Assembly (NCBI RefSeq): GCF_009834535.1
Contig: NC_045697.1
Coordinates: 2,420,001-2,484,000 of the forward strand
Source of the DNA: Camelus ferus
Lineage: Eukaryota
DNA length: 64,000 nt
Direction: 5' to 3'
The notes beneath the pieces were generated by a model. It was not told the DNA's origin, ran no database searches, and was given only the letters and a program-made list of their open reading frames with translations. Positions 59,468 to 64,000 of the stretch are shown here, one piece after another. Made by a program: the position numbers and the translations under genes. Positions within the stretch are counted from its first letter, which is position 1. Every line of letters begins with the position of its first letter.

Positions 59468-62400
59468 ATAAAACCAGAAATGAAAGAGAAGAGATTACAA
59501 CTGGTACCACAGAAATATAAAAGATCATGAGAAACTACTAAACAACTAAATGGCAACAAATGAAACTACCTCAGACAAATGGATACATTCCTAGAAACAC
59601 AGCCCATAAGACTGAACTGTGAAGAACAAAGTCTGAGGAGACCTACGATTAGTGAGAAGCTGGAATCCGTAACCAGCAATCCCCCAGCAGAGGAGAGCGC
59701 AGGGCCAGACGGCGCCACTGGTGAATTCCACCAAGTGTTCAGAGAATTGACGTCAGTCCTTCTCGAACTGTTCTAAAAAGTCAAAGAGAAGGAAGTACTT
59801 CCAAAGTTATTCTACGTGGCCAGTGTGACCCTGATAACAGACAAGGTCACCACAAGAAAAGAAAATCACAGGGCAACATTCCCGATGAACACAGGTGCAA
59901 AATTCCTCAACAAAATGCCGGCAAACCGAACTCAAAGCACATTAAAAGGATCATACACCACGACTGAGTGGGATTTATCCTCGGGCTGCAAGGAAGGTGG
60001 GAAGTAAACCCACACAAACACGGTCTTTTCACCCGATTTATAGCAAGGGTTTCAAGAACATTTGCAAATCAATCCGTGTGATACACAACCTGGGCAGAAT
60101 GAAGGATAAATATCTTATGATTGGCTTGATAGATGTAGAAAAAGCATTTTACAAAATTCAACATCCTTTCATGATTAAAAAAAAAAAAACTCTCAACAAA
60201 TTAGGTCTTGAAAGAGTCTTTCTCAACATAAGAAAGGCCACCATGATGAGACCACAGCTGACATCATGCTCAGTGGTGAAGAGCTGAAAGGCTTTCCTTT
60301 AAGATCAGAAACAAGACAAAGATGTCCACCCTCATCACTCTTATTCAACATAGTATCGGGAATTCTAGACAGAGCATCAGGCAAGAAAAAGAAATAAAAG
60401 GCATCCACCCATCAATCGAAGACTGGATAAAGTTGTGGTGTATTTATACAGTGGAATACTACTCCATAGGAAAGAATAAAAAAACGCCATTTGCAGCAAC
60501 ACGGATGGACCTGGAGATTGTCAGTCCAAGTGAAGTGAGCCAGAAAGAGAAAGAAAAATGCCATATGATATCACTCATATGTGGAATCTAAAAAAAGAGA
60601 AAAGAGGACACTAATGAACTCTTCTACAAAACAAACAGACGCACAGACATAGTAAACAATCTGATGGTAACCGGGGGAAAGGGGGAGTGAAGGGATAAAT
60701 TTGGGAGTTCGAGATTTGCAAATATTAACTACTATATATAAAAATAGATTAAAAAAATTTCTTCTGTATCGCACAGGGAACTATATTCAGTATCTTGTAC
60801 TAACCCATAATGAAAAAGAATATGAAAACGAACATACGTATGTGTATGTATGCCTGGGACACTGTGATGTGCACCAGAGATTGATACAACATTGTAAACT
60901 GATGATACTTCAATTTTGAAAACAGTCATCCAGATTGGAAAGAAGGAAGTAAAATTGTCTCTGCAGATATGACTTTAAACTTTATATATAGAAACCCCTG
61001 AAGATGCTGCCCAAGAAAGTTAGAACTAATAAACAAATTCAGTAAAGTTGCAAGATACTGAATCAACATACAAAATCAGTTGCATTTCTATGCACTAACA
61101 ATGAATTTATCTGAAAGAGAAATTAGGAAAAAAATCCTATTTAAAATAATATCAAAAAGAATAAAACACTTAGGAAGACATTTAAGCAAGGAGGTGAAAG
61201 GCTTGTACATTGAAAATTGTTAAGATGTTGATAAAAGAACTTGAAGGAAACACAAATAAATGGGAGGATTTCTGTGTCCTTGAGCTGGAAGGATTAATAT
61301 TGTTAAAAAGTCCCTGCTACGTAAAGCAATCTACAGACACAACGCAGTCCCTATCAAAATGGCATTTTTCACAGAAATAGAGAAAAAAAATCTTAAAATT
61401 TGTGTGGGGCCACAAGAAGCCCCAAGTAGCTAAAGCAATCTTGAGAAAGAAGAACAGAACTGGAGGCAGCATGTGTCCCGATTTCTAAGTACATCACAAA
61501 GCTCCAGCGAGGGCGCAAGTTGTGCTGCAGCGCAGCCCGTCGCACAACACACGCTGGTGGCGTAGAAGCAGACCCACAAACCTGCAGGACAGGAAGCAGA
61601 GCCCGGACGTAAACCCACACACACACGATCGGCTGATTTATGGCAAGGTTCCAAGACACACAATGTGGAAACACAGTCTCTTCAACAAACGGTGTTGGAA
61701 AAGCTGCAGGCGCCCTTGCACAAGAACGCAGCTGGGCCCCGGTTTTACACCACTGACAAAATGGACTCAAGACGGATTAAAGCTCTAGACGTAAGAGTGG
61801 AAACTGTGAAAGTCCTAGAAGGAACGCAGGGAAACAGCCCCTCCACTTTGGGCTTGGCGACGAGTCTTTGGATCTGACGCCAAAAGCACAGGCAACAAAA
61901 GCAACAAAAAACAAGCGGGACCACATGAAACTAAAAAGCTTCCACACAGCGCAGGAAACGATCACAGAACGAGCACGCAGCCTACGGAATGGGAGAAAAT
62001 GTTTGCAAACTATACATCTGATAAGGAGTTGATAAAAAAATAGATAAGGGACTCATTTAACTCAATAACAAAGAACCAAATAATCCAATTTTAAAATGTG
62101 CAAAGGGCCTGAATAAACATTTTTCCAGGGAAGATAAAATAATGGCCAATAGGTACCCGAAAATGTGCTCAACACCACTAACCATCGGAGAAATGCAAAT
62201 CAAAATCACCTTGAGATCTCCTCCCACTCCTGTAAGGATGGCTATTAGCACAAGGTTAAGAGCTACGTGTTGGTGAGGATGTGGAGAAAAGGGAACCCTC
62301 GTGCACTGTTGGTGGGAATGCAAAATGGTGCAGCCACTGTGGAAAACAGGGTGGAGGTTCCTCAAAAGACTAAAAATAGAGTCCAGCAGTCCCACTTCTG

Positions 62401-62886
62401 GGTATTTATCCAAAGTAAATGGAACCAGCGTCTCGCAGAGATAGCTGCACCCTCAGGTGCAAGGCAGCATTAGCATATTAGCGCACTTAAGGCACGGAAA
62501 CCGCCCAAGCGCCTGTCAAGGGGTGAACGACGTGTGCGTACAATGAAACAAGATTCCGCCTTAGAAAGGGGTGACGCTCTGATCCATGCCGCCATAAGGA
62601 TGGAACTGGAAACCTTATGCCGAGCAAAAGAGGCCAGTCAGAAACGGTCACACGTTGTCCGGTCCCATGTATGGGAAACGTCCAGGACAGACAAACCCGT
62701 AGAGACGGCAATAGGTTCGCAGTTGCCAGGGCTGGGGGAGGGGGGAGAAAGTGCCTGCTAGTGGGTGAGGGCTTCTCTCAGAGTGATGGAGACGTTCTAG
62801 AACTAGGCAGAGGTGGACGCTGCACAAGATGAATGCCACCCCGAAATTGTTAACTTTATGCAATGTGACTTTCACCGCCATAAAAA
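59468..62886 (+). mobile_element. 5'-truncated ancient L1 (L1MB-like): disrupted ORF2 RT and C-terminal region plus 3' UTR
   Basis: ORF remnants MDTFLET..RL..RP..AGPDGATGEFHQVFREL..LLELF and IDVEKAFYKIQHPFMIK..LNKLG; many stops and frameshifts; ends tgtgactttcaccgccataaaaa. Confidence 0.92.
60408..60920 (+). mobile_element. Younger camelid-type L1 3' end nested in the older L1 RT region
   Basis: Host sequence breaks after IKGI (ggcatcca) and resumes at catccagattggaaag..gaagtaaaattgtct; duplicated catcca at 60402-60407 and 60927-60932. Confidence 0.88.
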
Positions 62887-63390
62887 CAGCAGCTGCGCCA
62901 GCCCTGCCGTCTCAGACGGCCCCGGGCATCCCCTCTTCCTGGGGCACATCCCCTTTCTGGGGTGTGCCCTTTGGAAGCCCCTCTAGAGGGGCTGGTGATG
63001 GTGTTACTCAGGAACTCAGCTGCAGTTTTTCTCAGCTGCTTTTGGCCTAAAAGTGTTTCATACCCCCTCACTAGTTGGCTTTCTGGGCTCTAGGGTGGGG
63101 CACCGTGGCCCTGGGTCCTCCCGTGGAGGGGCGGGTCCGGGTCCCGCGCGGAAGCTGGGCCTGCCGGGGCTGGCTTCGATGGGCAGCACTGCCTGCTTCC
63201 CAGGTCAGGCCCCCGCTGGGCTTCCCTTCCTCCCTGAATGACTCACCCCGGAGGTGGGAGGGGGGCAGGGGCCAGCACGGGAATCACAGCCAGACCAGAT
63301 ACGGGATACCTGAGCAGCAAAGTAAGTGATGTGAGTGACTGATCACAACCTATGGAGAAAAGTACGAGCCCGCAGGCCCCACTGTTACAG

Positions 63391-63909
63391 TGTCGATGCA
63401 AATAATCCATGAACAATCAATAAGAAAAACAGAAAAGAGTTTTATTTGAGCCAAATGGAGGATGAGCCTGGAAGCCCGCTTCCCAAGTCACTCTGAGAAA
63501 CTGCTCCGGAGAAGCGGGGTTTTCAGCACACTTCTATATCTTGTCGGAACAAAGAACATGAAACAAGTCAGGGACACGTTCAAGGTTTAAAAAATAAGCA
63601 GGCAGATCGGCACGGACACTCACAGCACCCGCAGTGTGGCCCTGGCACCTGCGAAGCGGGTCTTGTCATCAAAGGAGGACCAGCACTGGCGTCCCAGGAA
63701 GAGGGACATCAATCTTCATTTTTAACACAAACATTCTTTACTTCTGGTCAGTGTGCCATCTTAATGAAGATGCCAGAATGAAGCAGACGTACAGTGTATG
63801 TTTGAGAGGCTACAGAAGGCTGTTGTAGTCAGCACCAAATTCAAGTTGACTCATGGATAGGCCAGAATGACCTCCCCGGACCTCGGTATGTGAGCATTAC
63901 TTTTTATCG
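63391..63909 (-). mobile_element. ERV1-like solo LTR (MER41-like architecture)
   Basis: tgtcga start, ttttatttgagccaaa (AATAAA on the minus strand), ctctgagaaactgctcc; imperfect 4-bp TSD acag/agag. Confidence 0.7.
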
Positions 63910-64000
63910 AGAGTAATGAACGGTTAACTGTAAGCATGATGAACAGGGTGTTTACGAAGTCTCTGGGTACCTCCCGCAAAACACTTACTGATTTCCACAG

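Noticed and set aside
59468..62886. Reverse-transcriptase-like peptides as a functional or novel RT system
   Set aside because: Ordinary dead L1 ORF2: 5'-truncated, with stops, frameshifts and a nested insertion.
1..64000. Hundreds of 60-330 aa ORFs, including 7933-8802, 30566-31561 and 52758-53648
   Set aside because: P/G/A/R/S-rich, overlapping on both strands, with no recognisable domain. Several run through L2 or MLT1 relics. Such ORFs are expected from stop-codon scarcity in GC-rich DNA.

Overview
GC-rich mammalian genomic DNA, most likely camelid (Camelus/Vicugna). This assignment rests on two tRNA-derived SINEs resembling the camelid vic-1 type and on cetartiodactyl/camelid-type L1 3' ends, all recognised from memory. 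I recognise no host protein-coding exon. The ORF track consists of the chance P/G/A/R-rich ORFs expected in GC-rich DNA, plus degraded L1 ORF1/ORF2 remnants. The window reads as intergenic or intronic sequence with many ancient repeats: MLT1 solo LTRs, MER31-like and MER41-like LTRs, MIR, L2, L1M fragments, MER53 and a Zaphod-like hAT element. The most notable signals are (i) focal AT-to-GC rewriting of ancient repeats that creates CpG-rich patches, consistent with GC-biased gene conversion; (ii) a cluster of CTCF-like motifs at 43.8-49.0 kb, one with a correctly spaced upstream motif; (iii) CpG-rich segments ending in consensus splice donors, which may be unannotated first exons; (iv) several candidate enhancer motif clusters; and (v) unusual L1 junction structures. 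I cannot support a claim of a new biological system. Repeat subfamily names were assigned by eye and boundaries are approximate; both need RepeatMasker/Dfam confirmation.
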